DNA of 64,000 nucleotides from the NCBI GenBank assembly GCA_009914755.4, contig CP086569.2:14848001-14912000 (forward strand). Reading direction: 5' to 3'. The DNA is from the human T2T-CHM13v2.0 reference genome, Homo sapiens. A program made the position numbers and the translations under genes. The notes below the pieces were generated by a model. That model worked only from the letters and a program-made list of their open reading frames with translations, was not told where the DNA came from and did no database searches. This document shows, in pieces, positions 18,802-37,399 of the stretch (positions within the stretch are counted from its first letter, which is position 1; each line of letters begins with the position of its first letter).

Positions 18802-21532
18802 TGAGATCTCTATTGTACAGAGTGTGAGTCCAGAAATTTTCTTGGAGAAAGTCGGTCTTCAGTTGGGCTTAACATGATGGAGTTTAGCAGAAAATAAGGA
18901 GAGGGAAGAACATCAAGCTGGCAATTATGTGGGAAGGATATAGAGCTAGGTATGCACAGGACATATTTCTAAGAGAGGGAGAGAGAAGGCTGGCATTTTG
19001 GGGTAGAGAAACCTATTTGAATCATTTTATACTTTGACCACATATTTTGAAAAATGGATCTCTCCCTCTCATGCCTTCATTTGTTTTTACGTTTGCATTG
19101 AAATATCATCCACCTCAACTCATTTTCACCTTGTATTTCAAATAAATAAAGTCATAAATGAAATATTTTAGTAAGTGAGGAAATTTTCACACACAAAAAC
19201 CCAATATACTGGTAATTGTAAATTTCAGCAATAAAAATTAGTTTATACACACTACCCTAAATAAGCCATAGATACTGAGACATAAGGTACGGTCCTCACC
19301 CTGGAATAGGCTATTATCCCTCTAAGAAGTGTAAAAATCCACATGTATGTGTGATTATATCAGGGGCTACTGTCTGGTGATAGTGGTAAGGTAGTTCAAA
19401 GAAGGAGAGACCACTTCATGCTGTGGGGATTATCACAGGTAGCAATGGAATGGATGAATTTTGAAAGTTGGATAGAGTTGCTGCAGATGGCCATGGTGGG
19501 GTGGGGGATATCAGTGAAAAGAGTCAGAAAGAAATAAAGATGAGAAGGTGAGAACACACACTTGTCTTTGTTTTCATAACCTGTTTGCTATTAAGCCTTT
19601 TTCAGAGTGTTGGTAAGGCCAATAGTTACAAATATCATGGCACAAACTAGTGAAGGGGACTCAAGGTGAAAGGCTTTACTTTCCTGATATGTATTAGGGA
19701 GCACCTGAAGATAGGGCAGACTCTAAATCAAAGTAAGACTGGAGTTAAATGGGGCCAGGAGAAGAGAAAACTCCATGATCCTGCAGCCTAGCCCAGGTAG
19801 CAGTGTGGTAAAACTTGCCATTGGAATGATTGGTGATTGTTACCGTTTTTCATGCCCTTTAATTGGAATTGCTGACAGGATCTTGTTCTCAAAACTGTCG
19901 GAAGCATTCTTCTGAGAATAGTTTTTGTGAACCTTGCAAGTTCAGAAGAGGGCAAGGTAGTAGAAATAAAGAAAAAGGGAAAAAGAGAAAGGAAAAAAAG
20001 GGAAAATATTCAAGGGTTAAAACAAAATGAACTGGATTCACTTTTAATCCATTTACATGATCTTGTGATGTTTCCATGGACTTGCTTCATGCTTTTAGCT
20101 ATTTTCTACCAATTACACTGGGAGACATGACGGTGTGCAAGTACAGGGAAGACTATTTTCTGATCATTTCTCATTAAAGTGGAAAAGTACTTTTATTTTG
20201 CAAAGAAACTTAAGGTTTGTCAAGTTTTTCTGAGTGATTGAAGCTGACCCTTCTTTTTTAAAAATGTCTTTTGGTCTCATCTGCAATTACTCTAAAGGTC
20301 TTTAGAGACACATAGAAGTGCAGGTTACAGATTTTATTCCCACATCTTTGCTCTTTGATGTGGCTCTAAATGGTTAATTGGAATGAGAGAGAACTCCTCT
20401 AGGAAGAAAAAGAAAGTAGAGGTCTTTGTAGACAAAGAGATTCTTTTTGTTCCATTTACCAAATTGGAAGCGAGGGGATTGCTGCTAGAGGTCTTGCTCT
20501 GGCTCAGATGCAAACATTCTTCTCCTACTAATAAGAACTGCTTGATATCAACTTCACTGCATCCTAGTACTCACTGTAGCCATGTAGCATGATAATTAAG
20601 CCCGACACCCCTGTCTCTGCTTCTGGCGCCAAATGTCATGACTTACATGGGATACAAGACATAAATTAATCCTTATTCTTAATGCAGTCTCCTGTACTTC
20701 ATTTACATAGCCAGAGTATTGTCTCAATCCTGCCCTGTGTCATACTATAGGACTTGATGTAAATCATAGCATTAGATTTGGAAAGAAAACATTTCCCCTG
20801 AAGCGTTTAAGGTCTTAAGCTGAGCCCTTGAGTCAGCAAATAAGTAGTGCTACAAAAATGCCTACAAACAGAGGGGAAAAAACACCACAAATAGAGCTGT
20901 GTCAAGGACAATGCTAGTTTAGGGAAAGCAGGTGATGACAAAAAACCCAGGAAAGTTTGATTGGCATCTCAATGGGTGGATATCACCTCCATGCTGCAGA
21001 TAAACTAATACTTTTGAGTATGTGCTTTGAGCTAGGGCCTTTCCAAGCCTCATTTACTTTTCTGAGTTAACTAGTAAGGCAGAAACAATTACTCCCGTGT
21101 GATGTACTTGAGGTAGCATAGCATAATGTCATGAGCTGGCGTTTTGTTAAGTCTCAGGAATAGCTGTCTTCTATGTGTGATGTTGGGCATTTAGTAAAAG
21201 AGAATTAGCAACTGCATCTGCCCTCTCAGGAGCCTATGAAGATCAAATGTAACCCCACATGTAAAGCATTGAACCTCTAGCTCCTTTCAAATGCTCAAAA
21301 TATGCTAATTATTATCGTACAAAAATCAGTCATGAGGCTTAAAGAAGCATATTTGGTCCAATTTCGCATAACTAACAAGTTCCATGACTACTCTTGACTA
21401 TAAATAACTAATCATAGACTAAATAATTCTGAGCAAAAAATCCCTTTCTTATGCACCTCTGCACACCGGTACAGAGGAACTAAAAGAATCGTTGGCAGAT
21501 TACACCAAACCAGTTTTCTCCACAACGCCTCG

Positions 21533-21535
<3 letters not shown>

Positions 21536-21575
<40 letters not shown>
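21536..21575. repeat. Poly(T) about 40 nt
   Basis: Uninterrupted T run. Confidence 0.95.
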
Positions 21576-21580
<5 letters not shown>

Positions 21581-22004
21581 CATCTGAAGATTAATTGTGC
21601 TTCTTGACAGATGCTGTTCAGTCCATGCCCATGGCTAGGAAAGACCAGACCAAAGAATGCTTCTCATCTGAGGCCAAAAGTTGGGCAGGCAACTAGAATC
21701 TGCTCTTGCTAAAGACCCAAATAAGCACCCCTCTGATCTTAGGTCCAGCAACCACAGAGAAAAGATAGTTCATCAACCGCATCACAGATCTTTACAGCTG
21801 GTTCATCCATGCCTTTTACTGTAAATGTAGCAGGATTATAAAATTCAATTTGTAATTCCTGCTGCTCTAGAGGAAGCCTTTGTGTCCATCCTCAAGGCAT
21901 GGTGACTTGACAGTACCCAGGAATGGAAAAAGAATAAAAACGCTACACCTTTTTCTATCGAGAAGAGACACCAACCCGAGATGTTATTAAGAGTTCTAAA
22001 TAGG

Positions 22005-22505
22005 AAACAGTTTATTTTTTTACATTTCTATTTTATTTTAGATTCAGGGAGCACATGTACAGATTTGTTATAAGGATATTTTGCCTGATGCTGATGTTTG
22101 GGCTTCTACCGATCCCATCACCCAGATAGTCAACACAGTACCCTAAAGGAAGGTTTTTCAGCCCATAGCCCACTCCTTCTCTCCCCTGTTTTGAAGTCCT
22201 CAGGGTCTATTGTTACCATCTTTATGTCCATGTGGATCCAGGGGTTAGCTCTCACTTATAAGTGAGAAAATGTGATGTTTGATTTTCTGTTCTGTGCTAA
22301 TTTCTTTAGGACAATGGTCAGCTGCATCCATGTTGCTGCAAAGGACAGGATTTCATTTTTTTTTTTTATGGCGGCACAGTATTCCATGGCGTATATGGAT
22401 TTCTTTCTTTTTCTATTGCTGCACAGTACCTCAGGGTGTATATGCACCACATTTACAAAAATCCAGTCCACCACTGTTGGGCACCTGGGTTGATTCTGAG
22501 TCATG
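22005..22505 (-). mobile_element. 3' end of an older L1 (L1PB/L1MA-like), antisense
   Basis: ttttagattcagggagcacatgtacagatttgttataaggatattttgcctgatgctgatgtttgg...ctctcacttataagtgagaaaatgtgatgtttgattttctgttctgtgc. The minus-strand ORF 22256..22504 reads ...NQPRCPTVVDWIFVNVVHIH...MEYCAAIKKKNEILSFAATWMQLTIVLKKLAQNRKSNITFSHL, corresponding to the L1 ORF2p C-terminus. Confidence 0.8.
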
Positions 22506-23658
22506 ATGTTTGGGACCAGAAGTAGAAAGAGAGGTAGGGGGTAATTGTCATGCTACATGCCTACAATGAGTAATAGGATGCAGTGACGTTGACATCAAGC
22601 AGTGCTTATTAGTAGGAGAAGAATTTATGCATCTGGGCAGAGCAAGACCTCTAGCAGCACTGCCCCCAGCTGCCTGCCAATTTTGTAAATGGAACAAAAA
22701 GAACCTCTGTGTCTACCAATACCTCTATTTTCTTTTCCTTCCTAGAGGAGTTATCTCATTCCAATTGTCCATTTAGAGTCACATCAAAGAGCAAAACTAG
22801 AACTAAAACTAGAACTAAGAATGAAAACTAGAACTCCCATTTGATCCAGAAATCCCATTAATGGGTAGACACCCAAAGGAAACAATTTCTAAGGGCAAGA
22901 GTTTCTATGTGACCATTCCTTTACGATGAGCCTTTTTATTGGAGTAAAAAAAAAAATTACTCCTTGCCCTTCCCCACCGCCGCCACAAAAAAAATATAGT
23001 GATTTCCAATCAAGATAGCTCAGCATGTCGAACCCCTTCCACTTTAAACAGGCAGCAATGCAGGTAAATGCTATGGAGAAAATTTAGATACAGATAGGAC
23101 AAAGCCAGGGGTCTGATAACAGGTCTCAACATTCACCAAGAGTTTTCTTCTGCTGAAATAACCAAGACTTCATCTTCCTTACCTAGGCGGGAGAATTGGA
23201 ATAGATTTACCCAAATAAATCCAGAGGAAAGCAAGCTGAGAGAAACAGGTTTCTTACGCTGCTTGGAGTTTAGCTTATTTTAAGTGTGTAGGCTTAGGGT
23301 TGAGACACATAACCAGGAACTAAAATATCTACCTCCCTGGCTTAGTGAGAAGAGGATCAGCCATCTTCCTACTCTCATCATGGGCAGGGAATACTGAGCC
23401 TTGATACCTGATGTCCCTTTGGACTGAGGACTCTGGAACGTGGCGAAGGGAGTTAAGGAACCTAAAGACTGGAAGATTTAATGCGTGAAAGTATATTTCC
23501 TTCTTTAAGTGAAGCTGAAAATACAAATTCACAAGCATGTAGAGAAATATAAGAATATAAAGGACAACCAATAAAACCAGTGATTGCAGGATAAATATAG
23601 TCCACAGGAAGCTAAAAAAAATTGGAAATGTATCTAAGATTTTATAATAACAATTATT

Positions 23659-23950
23659 GGCTGGGTGCGGTGGCTCACACCTATAATTCCAGCGCTTTGG
23701 GAGGCTGAGGCAGATGTATCACTTGAGCTCCTGAGTTGGAGACCAGCCTGGGCAAGATGGCGAAACCCCATCTCTACAAAAAACACAAAAAATAGCCAGG
23801 CATGGTGGTATGTGCCTGTAGTTTGAACTTCTCAGGAGTCTGAGTTGGGAGGATGGCTTGAGCCTGGAAGGTGGAGGTTTTAGTGGGCCGAGATCATGCC
23901 ACTGCACTTAAGCCTGAATGGCAGAGCCAGAACCTGTCTCAAATAAATAA
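23659..23950 (+). mobile_element. Alu
   Basis: ggctgggtgcggtggctcacacctataattccagcgctttgggaggctgaggcagatgtatcacttgagc ... gccactgcacttaagcctgaatggcagagccagaacctgtctcaaataaataa. Confidence 0.9.
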
Positions 23951-24010
23951 CCATTGTTTATGTCCAAATGTATATATGAAAGTAGTACATGATTAAAACA
24001 AAAAGACGAG

Positions 24011-24307
24011 AGGCCTGGCACAGTGGCTCATGCTTGTAATCCCGCACTTTGAGAAGCTGAGGCATGAGGATTGCTTGAGGTCAGGAGTTTGAGACCAGCC
24101 TAGATAACATAGGAGACCCCGCCCCTAAATAAAGAAAAGTAAATCAGCCAGATACAGTGGTGCGTGCCTATAGTCCCAGCTACTTGGGAGGCTGAGGTGG
24201 GAGGATCACTTGAGCTCAGCAGTTCAAGGCTGCAGTGAGACATGAGACCTGATCATGTCACTGCACTCTAGCCTGGGTGACAAAAGAGTGAGACCCTGTG
24301 TCTAAAA

Positions 24308-24346
<39 letters not shown>
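24011..24346 (+). mobile_element. Alu with a roughly 45-nt poly(A) tail
   Basis: aggcctggcacagtggctcatgcttgtaatcccgcactttgagaagctgaggcatgaggattgcttgaggtcaggagtttgagaccagcc ... gtcactgcactctagcctgggtgacaaaagagtgagaccctgtgtctaaaaagc(a)n. Confidence 0.9.
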
Positions 24347-24350
<4 letters not shown>

Positions 24351-25990
24351 CTGGGGGGCCAGACATGGAATAAAGATGGATTTTAAGAAGACACCACTGG
24401 AAATATTGAATATAAACAATATATTCTTTATAGCAATAATAATTTTTTTTAAAAAAACTATGCAAGTACTAAACTGGGCAAATCCAAATACAGAATTTGT
24501 GACCAGGATAGAAGTGTGCAAAAATTACTCAGAGCCTAGCACTGTGGTAGAATAAAATAAAAAATATGAAAGAGGAGTTAAGCAATCTGGAGAATAGACA
24601 GAAAAACTACCACATACATTTAGTTAAAGTTCCAGAAGAAAATAAACATTTTAGGAAATGATAACTGGTTACTATATCAAAATTAAGAAAAGCAAAATCA
24701 GTTCAGTCAAAACTGCAATCAACTATCAAGCAGGATAAGTAAAAAACAACTAAATCCTAGACAATCATGGTGAAACTGCACAATATCAAGGATAAAGATC
24801 AAATGACTCAATGTACCAGGTAAAAAGCAGTTTACCTGAAATGAATTGCAATTACAGTGCAGCAGATTTCTAATTTGCAAAAATAATGCCAGAAGGTAAT
24901 GGAAATGGAAAATATACAACTGTCTCCTCTCAGAAATTGTTAGAACAAATATGTGTTTTAAAAAATTACTAAGGGCATACAATATTTGAAAAATATGCTC
25001 AAACAACTTAATTGATGACTTAATTGAATACTCTAGCCCAGGGGTCCTCAAACCCCAGGCTGTGGACTGGTCCTGGTCTGTGGCCTGTTACACTGGGCAC
25101 AGCAGGAGGTGAGCAGCCTGCAAGCAAGACTTACTACCTGAGTTCTGTCTCCTGTCAGATCAGTGGTGGCATTAGATTCCCATAGGAGCACAAACCCTAT
25201 TGTGAACTATGCACACCAGAGATCTAGGTTGCACACTCTTTATGATAATTTAAGTAATGCCTGATGATCTGAGGTGGAACAGGTTCATCCTGAAACAATT
25301 TCCCACCCCACCCAACCTCATCCCTGTCTGTGAAAAAATTGTCTTCCATGAAACTGGTCCCTAGTGCCAAAAAGTTTGAGGACCACTGCTCTACACAATA
25401 GTAGAATAGATATTTTTTTCCAAAAAACAAATAAAACATTTATCAAGAGATGCTATGCTCTCAGTAAAAAAGTCTCAATTATTTTAAAATGATTGAAAAT
25501 ATATACAATGTATTCACTGATTTTAAAAAATTAGAAATAAATAACAAAAAGTATCTGGGAAATCCCAATATAAGCAACATGCTGCTAAAAACTTACAAGA
25601 CAAAATAGGAATGACAAGGGAAATTAGAAAATATTTAAAACTGATGATAAAAGACTCAATCCATCAAAATGTGTGAGGTGCAGCTAAAGCATGCTTAGAG
25701 GAAAACTTACAGCATTAATGGCTCAGACTAGAAAATAAGAAACGTCCAAAATCAACAACTGGTGATTTCACTCAAGTAGAAAATAATGACAAATTAAACC
25801 CAAATAAAGTGAAAGACAGTAAATAATAAAGATAATATTAAAAATCATAGAAACAGAAAAAGAACAAATAATGTCAAAATCAACCAAACCAAATGTGGTA
25901 CATTGAAAAAGATTATTAAAATTTATAAACCCTTTAGTTAGACTGATCCAATATGGGGCAAGGGAGGAAGGAAGAGGAAGAGAAGGAGGG
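24347..25990 (+). mobile_element. Old L1 (L1M/L1PB-like) internal fragment around the ORF1/ORF2 junction, interrupted by a DNA-transposon MITE
   Basis: 25650..25720 reads gtgtgaggtgcagctaaagcatgcttagaggaaaacttacagcattaatggc, the degraded equivalent of L1 ORF2 [17 protein letters not shown]. The surrounding sequence is A-rich L1-like coding. Confidence 0.6.
25028..25395. mobile_element. MER1-type hAT-Charlie non-autonomous DNA transposon (MITE), nested in the old L1
   Basis: Terminal inverted repeats: cccaggggtcctcaaaccccaggctgtgg at the 5' end and ccaaaaagtttgaggaccactg at the 3' end. The internal block is cagtggtggcattagattcccataggagcacaaaccctattgtgaactatgcacaccagagatctaggttgcacactctttatgataat, which matches the remembered MER1A/B consensus. 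Confidence 0.7.
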
Positions 25991-26019
25991 AGAGAGAGAA
26001 ATTGAGTGATTTATGGTAT

Positions 26020-31329
<5,310 letters not shown>

Positions 31330-32151
31330 GATTTATGGTATTAAGAAAAGAATGGAAGACATATCTAAAGTTATTACATGATATTAAGGGCATAATATGA
31401 GAAATTCATGCCAACAAAGTTAAACACTTAGATACAATGGACATTAGCAAATTACCAAAACAGATGTTACCAAACCAGAAAAGCCCTGAAATTGAATTTG
31501 TAATTAGAACCTTCTTCCAAAGAAAATTTAAGACCAAAAACCTCATTGATGCATTCTAAGAAAAATCAAGAGAAGAAATAATATGAAACTTTACAAACTC
31601 TTTCAGAAAATAAAAGAGAAAACACTATATCATATATTTTAATAAAAGTGGCATAACTCTAATACCTGAAAAAGACAAGAATTGTTTATGAAATGAAACA
31701 AACACCAAAATCCTTAACAAAATTATATTCAGTATTAATTAAGAATAAAGAAGTAATATATTTGGCAAAGTGAGATTTATTCTTTATTCCACAAATGCAA
31801 GGTTAGTTCAATACTAACAAGATCAATCTGTTTAATTTGTTGTATTATTAATATAAAAGAGAAAAACATAGTAATTTCAGTAGCGGTAGAAAGGGCTTTT
31901 GATAAAATTCAAGACCCAGTTATGATTTTGGAATTTTTATTGTGAAAGACCAAATAGTTTCCAGTAAAACAAGGGATAAAAAGACTATTTGCTCTCATTT
32001 TTATCCAATGTTGTATTGGAGGTCACAGTGCAGTAATGCAACAAATTCTATTATGTAAGGTAAGGTGAGAATATTAAATCGATAGAGGTTAAGATTCCAT
32101 ACTTGCAAATCATGTAGAAAATGCTTAGGTATATAAACAGCTATTAGTCTT

Positions 32152-32605
32152 TGTATTAGTCTGTTCTTGCATTGTATTAGTCTGTTCTTGCATTGCTATA
32201 AAGAAATACCTGAGACTGGGTAATTTATAAAGAAAAGAGTTTTAATTGGCTCATGGTTTGGCAGGTTGTACAGGAAGCATGATGCTGACATCTGCTTGGC
32301 TTCTGGGGAGGCCTCAGGAAACTTACAATCAGAGCATAAGGTGAAGGGTAAGCAGGCTCATCTGACATGGCCGGAGCAGGAGGAAGAGAGAGAGGGAGGG
32401 GAGATGCTATATTCTTCTAAATAACCAGATCTCACAAGAACTCACTATCATGAGAACAGCACCCAGGGGAATGGTGTTAAACCATTAATGAGAACTCTAC
32501 TCCTATGATTTAATCACCACCCACCAGGCTCCACCTCCAACACTGGGGATTACAGTTTGACACGAGATTTAATGTTTCATGGGAACATAGATCCAAACCA
32601 TATCA
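32152..32605 (-). mobile_element. THE1/MST-family MaLR LTR (antisense) with an internal 19-bp tandem duplication
   Basis: The reverse complement of the THE1 LTR is seen: tgtattagtctgttcttgcattg (twice) ctataaagaaatacctgagactgggtaatttataaagaaaagagttttaattggctcatggtt ... ccaacactggggattacagtttgacacgagatttaatgtttcatgggaacatagatccaaaccatatca. Confidence 0.85.
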
Positions 32606-33233
32606 GTCTTTTATTTTTTTATTTTTACATTTAAAATTTTTATTTTTTCATCAGTTTTTGGGGTACAGGTGGTATTTGGTTAAATAAGTAAGCTTTTTAG
32701 TGGTTATTTCTGAGCTTAATTAGTGAACTCAGCTTAGATACAGAATACAAGATCAATTACCAGTGTTAGTGCTATCTCAATATACTAGTTATAAACAAAC
32801 AGAATTCTAAAGACCAACATACTATCTACTGGTTACTACAGTCAATAATAATTTAACTGTACATTTTAAAATAACTTATAGAGTATAATTGGATTGTTTG
32901 CAACTCAAAGGATAAATGCTTGAGGGGTGGATATCCCATTCTTCATGATGTGCTTATTTCACATTGCATGCCTATATCAAAACATCTCATATACGCCATG
33001 AATATATACACCTACTGTGTACCCACAAAAATAAAAAAAATACCATCTACCATATCTACCATAATATCATAACACATAAAATATTCAGGATAAATTTAAT
33101 AAAAGTTGAGCAAAACCTCTACTCTGAAACTTTAAAATATTTCTAAAGGAAAATAAAGTATACTTAGGTAAATAAAATGATCTATCATGCTCATGGATTA
33201 GAAGACAATTATTAAATCTCATCTTCAACGATT

Positions 33234-33560
33234 ATGCAGAGAGAGACCGCAATTCTAATCATATTTCCAGGAAACGTTGACAACGAATTCCTGAAATTTA
33301 CATGGAATTGCAAAGGACGTAGGACAGCCAAAACAACCCTTGAAAAACAAGAACAAAGAGAAGTCACATTAGCTGTTTTCAAGAGTTGTTATAAAGCTAC
33401 AGCCATCAAGACTGAACCAGGACCGCGTGGAGTCAGCGGCAGGACCTGATAATAGACTCCGGGAACAAAACTGAGTGTTCGGAAACAGACTCACACCCAC
33501 ATATGTACATATGGGGAAACGGAACAGTACCAAAGTAATTTTATGGGGAGAAGGAAAGAC
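33234..33560 (+). mobile_element. Old L1 (L1M-like) ORF2 fragment
   Basis: The 71-aa ORF reads ...KFTWNCKGRRTAKTTLEKQEQREVTLAVFKSCYKATAIKT, a degraded match to L1 ORF2p [40 protein letters not shown]. Confidence 0.6.
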
Positions 33561-34129
33561 CTTCCAAAAAAAAATAATAATGGGGCCGAGATGGAGTAAG
33601 CCATCTGCAACTGCCGTCTGTCAATTACAGTAAAATTTCTGGACAAAATACAAAAAACCAAAATGCAAGCCCTTTAAGGAGCACACAATAGCAAGCACAC
33701 TGGGAACTAAAATCAAAACGTCATTAAGGCCCCATAAGAGGACTGAGTTTCCCATTTTTCCATGCTTGGTCTCCCAGCATTGAGCAGAAGGCAGACCCCG
33801 GCTTGGAATTGAGCAGTGAGTGCTGACAACATCACCTTAGGAGAAACCCCCTGCTTACAGCCAAAGGAAGGGCCTCCCATGCGCCAGAATGTGGAGGGAA
33901 TCCATGTTTCTTCCCCCTTTGCTTCTTCTTGCTCTCCTCTCTCTTGGCTAGTCCAAGTTCAGCAGCTGCACAGCGATGGAGGCGGTGGGGCAACTATAGG
34001 ACCATCAGCTCAACTCCAAGGCAAGATCTCTCCAGCCCTCACTCAGAGGAATGAGGAAAAGGGCCCCATTTCCTATAGAGTCTGAGGGAATACCTGTTGT
34101 CATTTTCTCTTTTTTTCCTTTCATTTTCT

Positions 34130-34540
34130 TTATTTTTAAAATCAAGTTACATTTTTTAAGTTGACAAATAATAATTGCACAGGCATATGGGGTAGGTAGC
34201 AGTGTTGACACATACACAACGTGGAGTGATCAGATCAGGGTAATTAGCACATCCATCATCTCAAACAGGTACCATTTCTGTGTATTGGGAACATTCAATA
34301 TCCTTTCTTCCAACCATTTGAAACTATATAATTTATTATTGTTAACTATAGTCATCCTACAGTGGTACAGAACAGGAGAATGTATTCCTCCTATCTAGCC
34401 ATAATTTTGTATTCTTTAACAAATCTCTCCCTATCCCTCTACCTCCCCTACCCTTCCCAGCCCCCTCTCTTTTATCTCTTGCTGCTTTACCCCAAAGGTA
34501 GCCCTGGTCACACAGAACAACATGTACTAATGGCGAGTGA
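34130..34540 (-). mobile_element. 3' end of an older L1 (L1PB/L1MA-like), antisense
   Basis: aagttgacaaataataattgcacaggcatatggggtaggtagcagtgttgacacatacacaacgtggagtgatcagatcagggtaattagcacatccatcatctcaaacag ... tattgttaactatagtcatcctacagtggtacagaacaggagaatgtattcctcctatctagcc ... cccttcccagcccc. This is the typical antisense L1 3'-UTR/ORF2-end structure. Confidence 0.7.
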
Positions 34541-36302
34541 ACCTTTAGGAGAAACCTGTCTTTCTGACCAGAAGGGTCAGGTAAAAGGGCATTTGGGAGC
34601 CAGACTGTAGGGTAGGCTTGGCAGATTTTGGAAACAAAAATATAAGATTCTAAGTAAAATCAGAATTTCAGATAAACCTTGTTATATTTTTAAACTTGTT
34701 AATGTATTTTCCATGCAATATTTGGAAAAATATATATATATATATAAAACTAAAAATTCATTCATTATTTATCTGAACTGGTCATCTTGTATGTTATCTG
34801 GTGATTCCACATGGGGTTAATTCCAGAGAGGAAAGTGCTAGAGAAGGGTGTCCCCCATTTCTGTGGACAAACTCACTGGAGCCTGGTCTCACTCCAGAGC
34901 TGTGCATGCCTGGAAAGTCCCAAGGAAGCAGAGTAAAGACTTTGAGAACTTCACTGCCATTCAAGCCATCTCCCACTTCCAGCCTAACCTCCAAAGAATA
35001 CGTGTGCCAGGCCATCTCAAACAGCCCAGCAGAGCCTTTAGAAACTGATTTGTCATTGGAGCTGCCACACACAGAATGCAGAAACAAATGTAAGTCTGAA
35101 CCTAACCGATTGTATGGCAATTCAAACATGGATTTAAAATAATTGGTGATCAAATAACAATTGGATATCTACATGGAAAAATAATACACCTGAAAGCATC
35201 AGATATGAAAACAGAATATCTGAAGTCATAAAACTTCTAGAGCAAAACAAAAGAATATGATATGATGCTGAGGTTGTCGAAGATTTCTCAGATTGGGTAC
35301 AAAATGCATTAATTACAATGGAATAGTTAACAAATTCTGTTTTAAAAAATAAAAAACTAAATTGTACTCATTAAAATGTCTCTAAAAATAAAAAATAACA
35401 CATGAATAGCAGGAAATAACTACACTACATACAACTGACCCACGTCTTGCCTTATAATTATGTATAAACAATTTCTATAACTTAAGAAAAAAATAATGAG
35501 ATAAGGGCTTACTCAGATACCGCACAGGGAAAGATATCACAATGGTCAAGAGAAAGTACTTACCATTGTTATTAATTAAAGAAGTGCAAATTTAAATACC
35601 AGAGAGATGCCACTACAATGACAAAAATTAAAGAGGCCAAGATGATCAAATTTTGGCAAAGCTGTGGAACGTCCACAACTCTCCCATGTTGTTGGTGGGG
35701 TTCATACATGGGGTTCATGCTTTCCAAAACATTTTGACAGTTTCCTATAAAGTTAAACATACACACACTATGATCCAGCAATTCCATTCATAAGTAATGA
35801 TCTAAGAGAAAGAAAAATCTATGTCTACACAAAGACTTGTTCTTGCAAGTCTTTTTCATAACAGCCACACACTGTATAAAATGTAACATCCATCCACAGG
35901 AGGATGGATGAGCAAAGGGAGGTACATCTGTGCACTAACTGCTTCTCAGGAGTAGGAAACAATGAACCATGCATGGATACACACCGTGGCATGGGTGAGT
36001 CTCAAGATCACTGTGCTTGAGGGAAATAAGGAAAACACAAAAGAGAACCTGCTGTGAGAGTATATTTCCTGGGTATTCAACAACAAGCAAAATTAACCTA
36101 TGGTGAAAGAATCGATCAATTGTTGCCTCTGGGGCAAAGGGTAAGGAGAAATTAATTAGGCAGGTTCACAAGGGAAGCTTCCGGGTGATGGAGTGTTCTG
36201 TGTTTTGACATGGGTATATATGACAGGTATATGAATTTGATGGAATTTCCCAAATGATAGCACTATGTCAATTAAAAAAAATAGAAACATTGAAAATGGG
36301 AC

Positions 36303-36652
36303 TGATATGGTTTGGCTGCCTCACCACCCAAATCTCAACTTGAATTGTATCTCCCAGCAGTCCTGCGTGTTGTGGGAGGAGCTCAGGGGGAGGTAATTGA
36401 ATCATGGTGGCCGGTCTTTCCTGTGCTTTTCTTGTGATAGTGAATAAGTCTCACAGGACCTGATGGTTTTATCAGGGGTTTCTGCTTTTTCTTCTTCCTC
36501 ATTTTCTCTTGCTGCTACCATGTAAAAAGTGCCTTTTGCCTCTCACCGTGACTCTGAGGCATCCCTAGCCATGTGGAAATGTAAGTCTAAGTAAACTTTT
36601 TCTTCCCAGTCTCAAGTATGTCTTTATCAGCAGCATGAAAACGGACTAATAA
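36303..36652 (+). mobile_element. THE1/MST-family MaLR LTR
   Basis: tgatatggtttggctgcctcaccacccaaatctcaacttgaattgtatctcccagcagtcctgcgtgttgtgggaggagctcagggggaggtaattgaatcatggtggccggtctttcctgtgc ... gcagcatgaaaacggactaat. Confidence 0.85.
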
Positions 36653-37399
36653 GGTAAATTGGTACCAACAGAGTGAGGAGTTGCTGAATAGTTACCTGAA
36701 AAATGTGGAAGCGACATTGGAACTGGGTAACAGGCAGAGGTTGGAACAGCATTTTCAGCTTCAGTTCCATGATGAAATCATTGTCTGGCTGTACTGTTAA
36801 GTGAAGAGCATTAGAGAGCAATAGAAGCTCACATCATTGTGAGGTCAACATTAGCGCATGGACAGGGTGGGACAGAGCTTTTCAGTGGCATATATCACAC
36901 TGCCAATATAGATCCTCACTGAGGTTACCAAAAATGTTACTCTCTGTGTGCTTCTGTAAGGCTTGAATAATTGTTACTCAATCTTGGATTACTGTTGTCA
37001 CCAGGAAAAAATTGAAGAATAAAAACCATCTGTCTTGAGGCAAATTGTTAAATATACCCAAGTCAGTTTACTTAAAAAGTAATCTAGGACTTGTTTTAAA
37101 ATAACTGAGTGGGGCAGGGGACGGGTCAGGTTTGGAGAGGGTAACAGGTGAAATGGAATTAGCTGTCTTTTGTAGTGGTTGGAGCTGCACGATGAAAACA
37201 TGGTGATCACTATAGTAGTCCCTCCACCTTTGTGCATGTCTCACAAGTTTCAAAACCCTCTCACTTTGTAGGATGTCAGAAACCACTCCTACAGGATAGA
37301 TGGACCTGAGTACATCATGCTTAAGTGAAACAAGCCAGTCACAGAAGGACAAATGCTGCCAAATTCTACTTTTATGAAATATCTAAAATAGTTAAACTC

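Noticed and set aside
34794-35153. Overlapping 119-aa (-) and 113-aa (+) ORFs
   Set aside because: They are mutually overlapping on opposite strands in unique-looking sequence. There is no recognisable domain and no codon-usage asymmetry. Most likely this is chance.
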